A stretch of DNA of 58,748 bases from contig CALXWB010000006.1 of assembly GCA_944392225.1 (NCBI GenBank), positions 1 to 58,748 on the forward strand, given 5' to 3'. Within the stretch, counting starts at the first letter, position 1, and every line of letters starts with the position of its first letter. This document shows, in pieces, positions 47,991-56,857 of the stretch. The notes beneath the pieces are model-generated. The model saw nothing but the letters and a program-made list of their open reading frames with translations, did no database searches and had not been told where the DNA came from. The position numbers were made by a program, and so were the translations under genes. Source of the DNA: an uncultured Alphaproteobacteria bacterium (GTDB lineage Bacteria > Pseudomonadota > Alphaproteobacteria > RF32 > CAG-239).

Positions 47991-49145
47991 ATGGAAAAAG
48001 GTAAAGATAAAAAACCTGTTATTTTGCAAGTGTTGCCCGAGCTTGGAACCGGCGGTGTGGAGCTTGGAACGGTGGAGGTTGCTTCCGAACTTGCCAGACG
48101 CGGAATCAAAAACTTTGTTGCCTCAAAAGGCGGCCGTATGGAACATGACCTGCACAAACTCGGCGTGCCGCATTTGACACTTAACCTCAAAAGCAAAAAC
48201 CCTTTGACCATTTTGAAAAATGCCAAAAAATTGGAAGCTTATATCAAAGAAAACGACATCAACATCGTGCATGCCCGTTCGCGTGCTCCGGCTTGGAGTG
48301 CTTATTTGGCGGCAAAAAAAGCCGGCGTGCATTATATGACCACTTTTCACGGCACTTATGGCCTTGGGCTTTGGGGTTTGAAAAAAATCTATAACAAAAT
48401 CATGGTGATGGGAGAGCGCGTGATTGTTATCTCTAACCATATTAAAAATCATGTTTTGAAAAATTATAAGGTTGACCCGAGCAAATTGCGCCTTATTTTC
48501 CGCTGTGTTAATTTGGAAAGATTTTCTCCTGCCGCCGTCAGCCAAGAGAGAATGATTCAAAAGGTTAAAGAATATAATATCCCCGATGATAAGCCCGTGC
48601 TGTTTTTGGGCGGACGAATCACCCGTTGGAAAGGGCAACATTTGCTCATTGAAGCCCTCTCAAAAATGAAAAATCAGGACTATTACTGCATTATTGCCGG
48701 TGATGACCAAGGGCGCGACGGCTATTTTGCTCTCCTGCGCAGTTTGGCCAAGAAATATAAACTCGGCAACAAAATCGGAATCTACGGCAAGGTTTTGGAT
48801 ATGCCCGCCGCCATGATGGTTTCTGACGTGGTTCTATCTACCGCCATTGAGCCCGAAGCTTTCGGCCGCATTGCCGTGGAAGGACAAGCCATGGGCAAAA
48901 TTGTGATTGCGTCAAATATCGGCGGTTCGCTTGATTCCATTATTGACGGCGTGACCGGCAAACTCTATCAATATGACAGTCCGCAAGCCTTGGCTGATGC
49001 CCTCGATTGGGCTTTGTCTCTGCCTTTGAGCGAAAAGAAAAAAATTTCCGCCGCAGCGCAAAAAAATGTAAAAGAAAACTTTACCAAAGAAATAATGTGT
49101 GATAAAACCATTAAAGTTTATGAAGAGCTTTTAGCAGAAAAATAG
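47991..49145 (+). CDS. Glycosyltransferase family 4
   Basis: GGVE, HARSRAPAWS, TTFHG, GRITRWKGQ, EPEAFGRIAVEGQAMG. Confidence 0.93.
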   Translation: MEKGKDKKPVILQVLPELGTGGVELGTVEVASELARRGIKNFVASKGGRMEHDLHKLGVPHLTLNLKSKNPLTILKNAKKLEAYIKENDINIVHARSRAPAWSAYLAAKKAGVHYMTTFHGTYGLGLWGLKKIYNKIMVMGERVIVISNHIKNHVLKNYKVDPSKLRLIFRCVNLERFSPAAVSQERMIQKVKEYNIPDDKPVLFLGGRITRWKGQHLLIEALSKMKNQDYYCIIAGDDQGRDGYFALLRSLAKKYKLGNKIGIYGKVLDMPAAMMVSDVVLSTAIEPEAFGRIAVEGQAMGKIVIASNIGGSLDSIIDGVTGKLYQYDSPQALADALDWALSLPLSEKKKISAAAQKNVKENFTKEIMCDKTIKVYEELLAEK

Positions 49146-49241
49146 TTTTCTGCGGTTTGACAAGGGCTTGCCATTGCCTTTGTGAAACTTTGTTTTGATA
49201 AATGGCGTGATGATTAAATATAAAAAAAAGGATATTTTAAT

Positions 49242-51173
49242 ATGGTTGCGATTAAATTGCCTGATGGCAGTAAGTTAGAGATGGAAAGCGGGGTCAATGG
49301 TTTTGACATCGCTCAGAAAATCAGTTCAAGTTTGGCTAAAGCCGCTTTGGCTATCAAAGTTAACGGAAAAACACAAGATTTAAGCACTCCTATCACTACC
49401 GACGCAACCGTGACTATCATCACCGGCAAGGATAAAGAAGGCTTGGAAATCTTGCGTCACTCTTGCTCTCACGTGATGGCTCAGGCCGTTAAAGAGCTCT
49501 GGAATGATGTTCAAGTGACTATCGGCCCGGCTATTGAAAACGGTTTTTACTATGACTTTGCTCGCAAAGAACCTTTTACAACCGATGATTTTGCCAAGAT
49601 TGAAGCCAAAATGCACGAGATTGTGAAACGTGATGAAAAGCTTGAGCGCATTGTTATGCCGCGCAATGAGGCTATCAAATTTTTCAAAGACAAAGGCGAA
49701 CACTACAAAGCCGAGATTATTGAAGATTTGCCGGAAGATGAAACAATTTCTCTTTATCGTCAGGGTGACTTTACCGACCTTTGCCGCGGCCCGCACGTGC
49801 CATCAACCGGCAAAATCGGCGATGCTTTCAAATTGATGAAAGTGGCCGGCGCTTATTGGCGCGGAGATTCAAGCAAAGAGATGTTGCAACGAATCTATGC
49901 CACGGCTTGGGCAAATAAAAAAGATTTGGAAGATTATCTCCATATGATGGAAGAAGCCGCCAAACGTGACCACCGCAAGCTCGGTAAAGAAATGGATTTG
50001 TTCCACTTTGAGCCGGAATATGCTCCGGGTGCCGTTTTCTGGCATGACAAAGGTTACAAAGTCTACCGCAAACTCATTGAATATATGCGCAAACGTCAAG
50101 AAAATAACGGTTATATCGAAATTTCTACCCCGCGCGTGATGGATAGATGCTTGTGGGAAATTTCCGGCCACTGGGATAAATACGGAGCACATAACTATTC
50201 CGGCCAAACCGAAGATAAAAAATGGTTCTGCATTAAACCGATGAATTGCCCCGGTGGTTTGCTCGTCTATAAACAAGGCATTAAATCTTATCGTGATTTG
50301 CCGCTGCGTATTGCAGAGTTTGGTAAGGTTAACCGTTATGAAGCCTCGGGTGCTTTGATGGGCTTGATGCGTGTTCGTGAGTTTACTCAAGATGATGCAC
50401 ATATTTTCTGCACGCCGGAACAAATGGAAGCTGAATGCATCACCACGTTGAAACTGATTTTGGATATTTACAAAGACTTTGGTTTCAACGATGTGAAAAT
50501 TTATCTTTCGACCCGCCCGGACAGCATTTATCGAATCGGCTCCGATGAGATTTGGGATTTGTGCGAAAATGCTTTGGCTCATGCTTTGGAAAGCCATGGC
50601 TATAAATATGAAATTAACCCCGGTGAAGGTGCTTTCTACGGTCCAAAACTTGAGTTTATTTTGAAAGATGCCATCGGCCGTGAATGGCAATGCGGCACTA
50701 TTCAAGTGGATATGAACTTGCCGCAACGCTTTGATATTTCTTATATCGGCGAAGATGGCGAGAAACACCAACCCGTGATGTTGCACCGTGCATTGTTTGG
50801 TTCAATCGAGCGCTTCCTTGGTATTTTGATTGAAAACCACGCCGGCAAGTTGCCGCTCTGGCTCTCGCCGGAACAAGTTGTGGTTTGCCCGATTACTTCC
50901 GATATGGATGATTATGCTGAGGAAGTGACCGATATTTTGAAAAAGAACGGACTTTATGCCAAAGCTGATTTGCGCAACGAAAAAATCAGCTACAAAATCC
51001 GTGAACATTCGGTTGCCAAAATCCCGGTTATTGCCGTGGTCGGGGCCAAAGAAAAAGAAAACAGAACCGTTACGGTGCGCCGTATCGGCTCTGACAAACA
51101 AGAGGTTGTTAAACTTGATGACTTTGTCAAAGCTTTGGTTGAAGAAGCTAAAATGCCGTCTCAAGATAAATAA
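49242..51173 (+). CDS. thrS: Threonine-tRNA ligase
   Basis: TGS domain, HSCSH, DLCRGPH, KPMNCP, RVREFTQDDAH, HRALFGSIERF. Confidence 0.98.
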   Translation: MVAIKLPDGSKLEMESGVNGFDIAQKISSSLAKAALAIKVNGKTQDLSTPITTDATVTIITGKDKEGLEILRHSCSHVMAQAVKELWNDVQVTIGPAIENGFYYDFARKEPFTTDDFAKIEAKMHEIVKRDEKLERIVMPRNEAIKFFKDKGEHYKAEIIEDLPEDETISLYRQGDFTDLCRGPHVPSTGKIGDAFKLMKVAGAYWRGDSSKEMLQRIYATAWANKKDLEDYLHMMEEAAKRDHRKLGKEMDLFHFEPEYAPGAVFWHDKGYKVYRKLIEYMRKRQENNGYIEISTPRVMDRCLWEISGHWDKYGAHNYSGQTEDKKWFCIKPMNCPGGLLVYKQGIKSYRDLPLRIAEFGKVNRYEASGALMGLMRVREFTQDDAHIFCTPEQMEAECITTLKLILDIYKDFGFNDVKIYLSTRPDSIYRIGSDEIWDLCENALAHALESHGYKYEINPGEGAFYGPKLEFILKDAIGREWQCGTIQVDMNLPQRFDISYIGEDGEKHQPVMLHRALFGSIERFLGILIENHAGKLPLWLSPEQVVVCPITSDMDDYAEEVTDILKKNGLYAKADLRNEKISYKIREHSVAKIPVIAVVGAKEKENRTVTVRRIGSDKQEVVKLDDFVKALVEEAKMPSQDK

Positions 51174-51192
51174 CTTTTGTTTAAAAATTTAT

Positions 51193-51226
51193 AAAATAAA
51201 GCCTCCTTTTCGGAGGCTTTATTTTT
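51193..51226 (+). terminator. Terminator after thrS
   Basis: AAAATAAAGCCTCC-TTTTC-GGAGGCTTTATTTTT. Confidence 0.85.
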
Positions 51227-51307
51227 CTCTTTTTATTCAGAAATAATAATATTTTAACCATTCATTGTTATCATATTTTTTATGACAATGAATCGGGGAG
51301 AAGAATT

Positions 51308-51538
51308 ATGGCAAATTTCAATGAAAATGCTATTCGTGAAGCGGCTTATTATATTTGGAAAAACGGCGACAAAAAATATGATTGCGGTATGGATAACTGG
51401 AATGCCGCCATCAGCCAATTGCGCGCGCAAAATGCCGCTGCCGTTTTGAAGTGCGGACAACAGATGGGTACCGGCAAAACCAATGCTGCCGCTTTGTATC
51501 GCGGAATCAATTTAATCAAAAAAGGAAATATGAGATAA
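51308..51538 (+). CDS. Small DUF2934-like protein
   Basis: IREAAYYIWK...NWNAA motif; GGGGAG SD. Confidence 0.7.
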   Translation: MANFNENAIREAAYYIWKNGDKKYDCGMDNWNAAISQLRAQNAAAVLKCGQQMGTGKTNAAALYRGINLIKKGNMR

Positions 51539-51620
51539 AAGAAGTGATATTTTTTTCAAATCTTGAAAATAATGCTGGACAAGAAAAAAAATATGCTCTA
51601 TAAACTCTTTCGTGATTGAT

Positions 51621-51696
<76 letters not shown>

Positions 51697-51700
51697 TTTC

Positions 51701-51724
51701 AAAGCCTTGGTTTTCCAAGGCTTT
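51701..51724 (+). terminator. Terminator after tRNA-Phe
   Basis: AAAGCCTTGG-TTTT-CCAAGGCTTTT. Confidence 0.8.
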
Positions 51725-51939
51725 TGTTGTATCCGGAACATATTGTTTTTACCGATGCTTTCAACAGGAAAGCAGATAGTAAGCACTTTAAAAAAAATTT
51801 AGAAATAACAGCTTTTATTTCTTTGTGTCTTTTCTCGTAAATATATCTAATAGCTTGAATTTTTTTAATGACATATTAAGTTTTTTTTGTTTCAATAAAT
51901 CTTGAGTTTAATATTTATGAGGTTTTTGATTAAAAAGTT

Positions 51940-53268
51940 ATGGATTCCGCATTTAAAGATTTAATCTATTTATTTTTTGTTTTCTTTCTTGTTTTTGCTA
52001 ATGCATTCTTTGTTGTTTCTGAATTTGCAATTGTTAAAATCCGCCGCACCAAGCTGGAAGAGCTGGCTCACTCCGGCGACAAACGCGCCAAAACGGCTCT
52101 TAAAATCAATGCACGGTTAAACACTTTTTTGAGTGCCATTCAACTTGGCATCACCCTTGCTTCCTTGGGCTTAGGTTGGATTGGTGAACCCGCCGTTTCC
52201 CGCTTGCTGGAAGATATTTTTGCTGACTTTTTCGGCAATAACAAGATTTTGTTGCACTCGATTAGCTTTGGTGTGGCTTTTGCTTTTATCACTCTTTTGC
52301 ATGTGGTTTTGGGCGAGCTGGTGCCAAAATCTTTGGCCATTCAAGATACAGAGCGCTATGTTTTGCGCATTGCCAAACCTTTGTATCTGTTCAACCAAAT
52401 TTTTGCGCCCTTTATTTGGGTGTTTGATCATGTGACCAATGCTATTTTGCATTTGATGGGAACTCAAGTTTCTAACGAAAATGATGATGCTCACTCCGAA
52501 GAAGAAATTAAACTCATTATTGATGCTTCGCAAAAAGGAGGCGTGATTGATGATACCGAACGCGGTATTATTCAAAATGCCATCGATTTTTCCGAGATTT
52601 TGGCTCATGAGGTGATGATTCCCAGACAAGACATGAAATGTTTGTATAAAGGACAAACCTATGATGAGGCTCTGGAGTTTGTTAAAAACAACAACCACAC
52701 ACGTTTTCCGCTTTGCGATAAAGACAAAGACCATATTTTGGGTATGATTCATATTCGTGATATGCTGGAATTTAACCCGCAAAACGGAGAAAAATATGTT
52801 TTGAAAAAATTGGCACGTAAGGTTTTGTTTGTGCCGGAAAACAAATCTATCTCCGATATTTTGCACGAGATGATGAGCAAACGTATTCATATGGCCGTGG
52901 TGGTTGATGAATATGGCGGAACGGCCGGTCTGCTCTCCATGGAAGATATTTTGGAAGAGCTGGTCGGGGAGATTCAAGACGAGCATGATGAAGAAGAAGT
53001 GCCCATGAAAAAGCTCAAAGACGGAAGTTTTGAATTTGACGGGGCATATCTGATTGAAGATGCTTATGAAGATATGAGTTTGCCTTTGCCCGAATATGAA
53101 GAAAGCACCATCGGCGGCTATGTCTTCGGGTTGCTCGGACGGGTGCCCAGTGTAGGTGACAAAGCTGAAGACTTCTATTGTTCTTATGAAGTTTTGGGTG
53201 TGGATAATATGCGAATCACCCGCGTTAAAGTTTCGGTTAAATATTCTATTGAAGACAGTGAAGAATAG
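51940..53268 (+). CDS. HlyC/CorC (CNNM, CBS-domain) family membrane protein
   Basis: NAFFVVSEFA, QLGITLASLGLGWIGEP, LGELVPKS, VVDEYGGTAGL, EDILEELVGEIQDEHD. Confidence 0.93.
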   Translation: MDSAFKDLIYLFFVFFLVFANAFFVVSEFAIVKIRRTKLEELAHSGDKRAKTALKINARLNTFLSAIQLGITLASLGLGWIGEPAVSRLLEDIFADFFGNNKILLHSISFGVAFAFITLLHVVLGELVPKSLAIQDTERYVLRIAKPLYLFNQIFAPFIWVFDHVTNAILHLMGTQVSNENDDAHSEEEIKLIIDASQKGGVIDDTERGIIQNAIDFSEILAHEVMIPRQDMKCLYKGQTYDEALEFVKNNNHTRFPLCDKDKDHILGMIHIRDMLEFNPQNGEKYVLKKLARKVLFVPENKSISDILHEMMSKRIHMAVVVDEYGGTAGLLSMEDILEELVGEIQDEHDEEEVPMKKLKDGSFEFDGAYLIEDAYEDMSLPLPEYEESTIGGYVFGLLGRVPSVGDKAEDFYCSYEVLGVDNMRITRVKVSVKYSIEDSEE

Positions 53269-53285
53269 TTTTCTTCTGCCCTCAT

Positions 53286-53321
53286 AAAAAAAAAGCCGCT
53301 CAAATTGAGCGGCTTTTTTTT
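53286..53321. terminator. Bidirectional terminator
   Basis: AAAAAAAAGCCGCTCA-AAT-TGAGCGGCTTTTTTT between convergent genes. Confidence 0.85.
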
Positions 53322-53334
53322 ATAAGTTTACGGC

Positions 53335-54552
53335 TTATGACTTCAAGTCGCGGACAACTTGCAACATTTCATCGGCAACGGTAAACGAACTAGAGTTCAT
53401 GCCATAAGCTCTTTGAATGACCACCATTTTGCTGAACTCTTTTTCCACATTGGCGGTGGATTGTTCCAAGGCTTGCGGCACAAGATAATTGCCGCCGTCT
53501 TCTATCAACACGGCATTGCCGCTGGCACCGTTGGCCTCAAATAAAGTGCCGGAAATCGGGGTCAAGTTATCAGGCGCGGCAAAACTACTCAAGGCAATTT
53601 TGGCAATTTTTACCGTTTCACCATTGGTATAGAGGGCAGAAACAATTCCGTCTTCACCAATAGAAGCTTCTTTAAAAGCACCGCCTTCTTGCCCATCTTG
53701 TTTGATGTTGGTGATGCCGCTGCTTCCGGCATATTGCGTCATTTTTTCTATATTCATATTAATGGCATTGGTTGAGCCATCTGCCCAAGTGACATTGAGG
53801 TTGAAGTTGGTGGGAGAGATGACTTTTCCATCATTTGAAAATAAAACCTCAATCGGTTCGGAAGAAACGGTGGCGCCATCCATCTCAAAGGTGACGTTCC
53901 AGGCATTGTTTTTGCCTTCCACCTTATGAAAAACCATATTCATATTGGCGCCATTATCATTCGGACCATAAACCATAATGCCGTAGCTGCTGTTTTCCAC
54001 ACCGTCGGCCGGCACATTGGCGCCGATTTGGACTTGACTTGTCGGCGTAGCCGGTATTTTTTCGGGATAATTGAGCACAATATCTGAAATTGAGGTGCCG
54101 AAAGTTCCATCCTCGTTAGGCATGAAGCCTTGAACGCGCATACCATTGTTGGCCACCAGATAAGGCTGACCATCTGTCAGCTGAATGCGAAAGTTGCCGG
54201 CACGTGTATAATACATATCACCCGAATAACTGTCTCGCACATTGAAAAAAGCATTGCTGTTGCCGTTGATGGCTACATCAAAGTTGCTGTTGGAGGCCAC
54301 AACCTGCCCTTGCGAGGTGATAAGGGTTCTGTCATAATAGCCGACGCCTTGCGTGTCCACACGTGTTGACTGCAGACCGCTTGCGGCATTGCCTTTGACC
54401 ACGGGAATTGAGCCCAACATGGTATAAAACATGGTTTCGCTTGATTTATAGCCCACCGTGTTGATATTGGCAATGTTGGTGCTCACGGTTTCCAGCGCAT
54501 GTGACTGGGAGTCCATCCCGGTGACTGACGGGGTAAAAATACTCAGCGCCAT
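53335..54552 (-). CDS. Second flagellar hook protein (FlgE-like, 405 aa)
   Basis: NIANINTVGYK, YTRAGNF, LEQSTANVEKEFSKMVVIQRAY; length fits a hook rather than a rod protein. Confidence 0.85.
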   Translation of the reverse strand: MALSIFTPSVTGMDSQSHALETVSTNIANINTVGYKSSETMFYTMLGSIPVVKGNAASGLQSTRVDTQGVGYYDRTLITSQGQVVASNSNFDVAINGNSNAFFNVRDSYSGDMYYTRAGNFRIQLTDGQPYLVANNGMRVQGFMPNEDGTFGTSISDIVLNYPEKIPATPTSQVQIGANVPADGVENSSYGIMVYGPNDNGANMNMVFHKVEGKNNAWNVTFEMDGATVSSEPIEVLFSNDGKVISPTNFNLNVTWADGSTNAINMNIEKMTQYAGSSGITNIKQDGQEGGAFKEASIGEDGIVSALYTNGETVKIAKIALSSFAAPDNLTPISGTLFEANGASGNAVLIEDGGNYLVPQALEQSTANVEKEFSKMVVIQRAYGMNSSSFTVADEMLQVVRDLKS

Positions 54553-54586
54553 TTTTCTTCTCCTCTAAAATCTTTTAACCTTTATA

Positions 54587-54603
54587 TGCAAAATGTATGC
54601 CAA
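54587..54603 (-). promoter_or_regulatory. Sigma54 (-24/-12) promoter of the second flgE
   Basis: Minus strand TTGGCAT-ACATT-TTGCA, ~35 nt upstream of the ATG. Confidence 0.85.
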
Positions 54604-54816
54604 AATCAAATCTTGTTTTAGTTGTTTTGGCATGCAAGCCTCAACCGCATTTTTAAAAACAATAAAGATATACACAATTTTGCCCGTTTTTTAACAAAAA
54701 TTGCCCATTTTTTGCTTTTTTTTGCGTTTTTTTGATTATTTTTATTGTATTTTACATAAATTGGCGGTATGTATTGTTTTGAATTTTTTGTGTTAACAAT
54801 AGAGAGAAATAAGAAA

Positions 54817-55305
54817 ATGGCTAACCCATTGGATACTAAAGTTATCAGCAAATTGGCTGAAATTCTTGATAAAAGTAATTTAACCGAACTTGAATATGAA
54901 GATGAAACTTGCAGAATTTGCCTGACCAGAGAGGTCAACGTTGCCCCTGTTGCAGCTCCTGCTTTTGCACCCATGCCGCAAGCTTTGCCCGTTGCCGCTC
55001 CGGCCGCTGCTCCCGCACCTGCTGCCGAAACACCTGCTCCGGCTGCCGCTGATCAAGACTTTTCAAAACATCCGGGTGCTGTTAAATCTCCGATGGTCGG
55101 CGTGGTTTATTTGTCTGCCGATCCTAACTCTCCAAACTATGTTAAAGTTGGTGACTCTGTGGCCGAAGGTGACACCGTTTGCTTGATTGAAGCCATGAAG
55201 ACTTTCAACCCCGTTAAAGCTCATAAAGCCGGCAAAGTTACCAATATTTTGGTTGATACCGGCGACCCGGTTGAATATGGCGAACCTTTGGTTATTATTG
55301 AATAA
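54817..55305 (+). CDS. accB: Biotin carboxyl carrier protein
   Basis: Ala/Pro linker, SPMVG, EAMK biotinylation motif; start ATG 54817. Confidence 0.96.
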   Translation: MANPLDTKVISKLAEILDKSNLTELEYEDETCRICLTREVNVAPVAAPAFAPMPQALPVAAPAAAPAPAAETPAPAAADQDFSKHPGAVKSPMVGVVYLSADPNSPNYVKVGDSVAEGDTVCLIEAMKTFNPVKAHKAGKVTNILVDTGDPVEYGEPLVIIE

Positions 55306-55334
55306 GTCATCCCGCCAACTTTAAGGATTTTAAT

Positions 55335-56681
55335 ATGTTTGAAAAAGTTTTGATTGCTAACCGTGGTGAAGTTGCTTTGCGTATTCATCGTGCTTGCCGC
55401 GAGATGGGAATCCGCACCGTAGCCGTCCACTCCGAGGCCGATGCCGACGCCATGCACGTGCGCTTGGCTGACGAGGCCGTTTGTATTGGTCCGGCTCGTT
55501 CCACCGACTCATATCTGAATATGTCGGCAATTATTTCCGCCGCACATATTACCGGGGCTGACGCTATCCATCCCGGTTTCGGCTTCTTGTCCGAAAGTGC
55601 AGATTTTGCCGAGATGGTTGAAGAACACGGAATCACTTTCATCGGCCCAAGACCCGAAATTATGCGCATGATGGGTGATAAAATCACCGCACGTGAAGCT
55701 TCCATCAAAGCCGGATTGCCCGTTGTGCCGGGATCTCCTGCTTTGGAAAGTGTGGAACACGCCATTGAATGGGCTCACAAAATCGGCTATCCCGTGATTG
55801 TTAAAGCCAAAGACGGCGGCGGCGGTAAGGGTATGAAAACCGCTTTCAACGACGAGGAAATGAAAGAAGCTTATACCATGGCTAAAGCCGAAGCTAAAAA
55901 CGCTTTCACCAGCGATGTGGTTTATATGGAAAAATATTTGCAAAAACCACGTCATATTGAAATGCAGGTTTTGGCCGATAACTATGGTCATGTGGTGCAT
56001 TTGGGTGAACGTGATTGTTCCATCCAACGCAACCACCAAAAGGTGATTGAGGAAACCCCTTCCCCGGCTTTGAACCAAAAACAACGTGAAGAAATCGGCG
56101 AGATTGCACGTCACGCTGCCGAAGTTTTGGGTTATAATAACGCCGGAACTATGGAGTTTTTGTATGAAGACGGTAAATTCTATTTCTTGGAAATGAACAC
56201 CCGTTTGCAAGTGGAACACCCCATTACCGAGGCTATCAGCGGTATTGATATCGTTAAAGAGCAAATCCGCATTGCCAGCGGCGCCGAACTGGGTTATAGC
56301 CAAAAAGACATTCAGTTCAGCGGACACGCCATTGAATGCCGAATCAACGCCGAAGACCCTGAAACTTTTGCACCTTGGCCCGGCAAGATTACCGAATGGC
56401 ATGCCCCGGGCGGTTTGGGCGTGCGCGTTGATTCTGAAATTTATTCAGGATACAGAATTCCGCCTTATTATGACAGCATGATTGCCAAGCTCATTGTGCA
56501 CGGCAAAACACGTAATGCTGCTTTGATGCGCTTGCGTCGTGCTTTGGAAGAGTTTGTGATTGAGGGGGTGAAAACCACTATTCCGCTGCACCAAGAAATT
56601 ATATCTCAGCCGGAGTTTATTGACGGCCAATATAATATTCACTGGTTGGAAAAATTTATGGCCTCAAAACACAAGGCATAA
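55335..56681 (+). CDS. accC: Biotin carboxylase
   Basis: LIANRGEVA, GGGGKGM, ERDCSIQR, EMNTRLQVEHP, YYDSMIAKLI. Confidence 0.98.
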   Translation: MFEKVLIANRGEVALRIHRACREMGIRTVAVHSEADADAMHVRLADEAVCIGPARSTDSYLNMSAIISAAHITGADAIHPGFGFLSESADFAEMVEEHGITFIGPRPEIMRMMGDKITAREASIKAGLPVVPGSPALESVEHAIEWAHKIGYPVIVKAKDGGGGKGMKTAFNDEEMKEAYTMAKAEAKNAFTSDVVYMEKYLQKPRHIEMQVLADNYGHVVHLGERDCSIQRNHQKVIEETPSPALNQKQREEIGEIARHAAEVLGYNNAGTMEFLYEDGKFYFLEMNTRLQVEHPITEAISGIDIVKEQIRIASGAELGYSQKDIQFSGHAIECRINAEDPETFAPWPGKITEWHAPGGLGVRVDSEIYSGYRIPPYYDSMIAKLIVHGKTRNAALMRLRRALEEFVIEGVKTTIPLHQEIISQPEFIDGQYNIHWLEKFMASKHKA

Positions 56682-56698
56682 ATTGCGCCGAGAAAGAC

Positions 56699-56732
56699 AA
56701 AAAACCTCTTCTGAAAATGAAGAGGTTTTTTT
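56699..56732 (+). terminator. Terminator after accC
   Basis: AAAAAACCTCTTC-TGAAAAT-GAAGAGGTTTTTT. Confidence 0.85.
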
Positions 56733-56749
56733 GTGAAAAATTAAGCATA

Positions 56750-56765
56750 TTAACCAAACATTAAC
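56750..56765 (+). promoter_or_regulatory. CtrA box upstream of flagellin
   Basis: Exact TTAA-CCAAACA-TTAAC, ~90 nt before the flagellin start. Confidence 0.65.
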
Positions 56766-56857
56766 CTGAAATATGGTAGTTTTAAAGACGGATGAAAAGG
56801 TTTGAGTAAAAAAGCACATCCAAAGTATTGTAATATATCAAAAAGTAGTTGGTGGAT

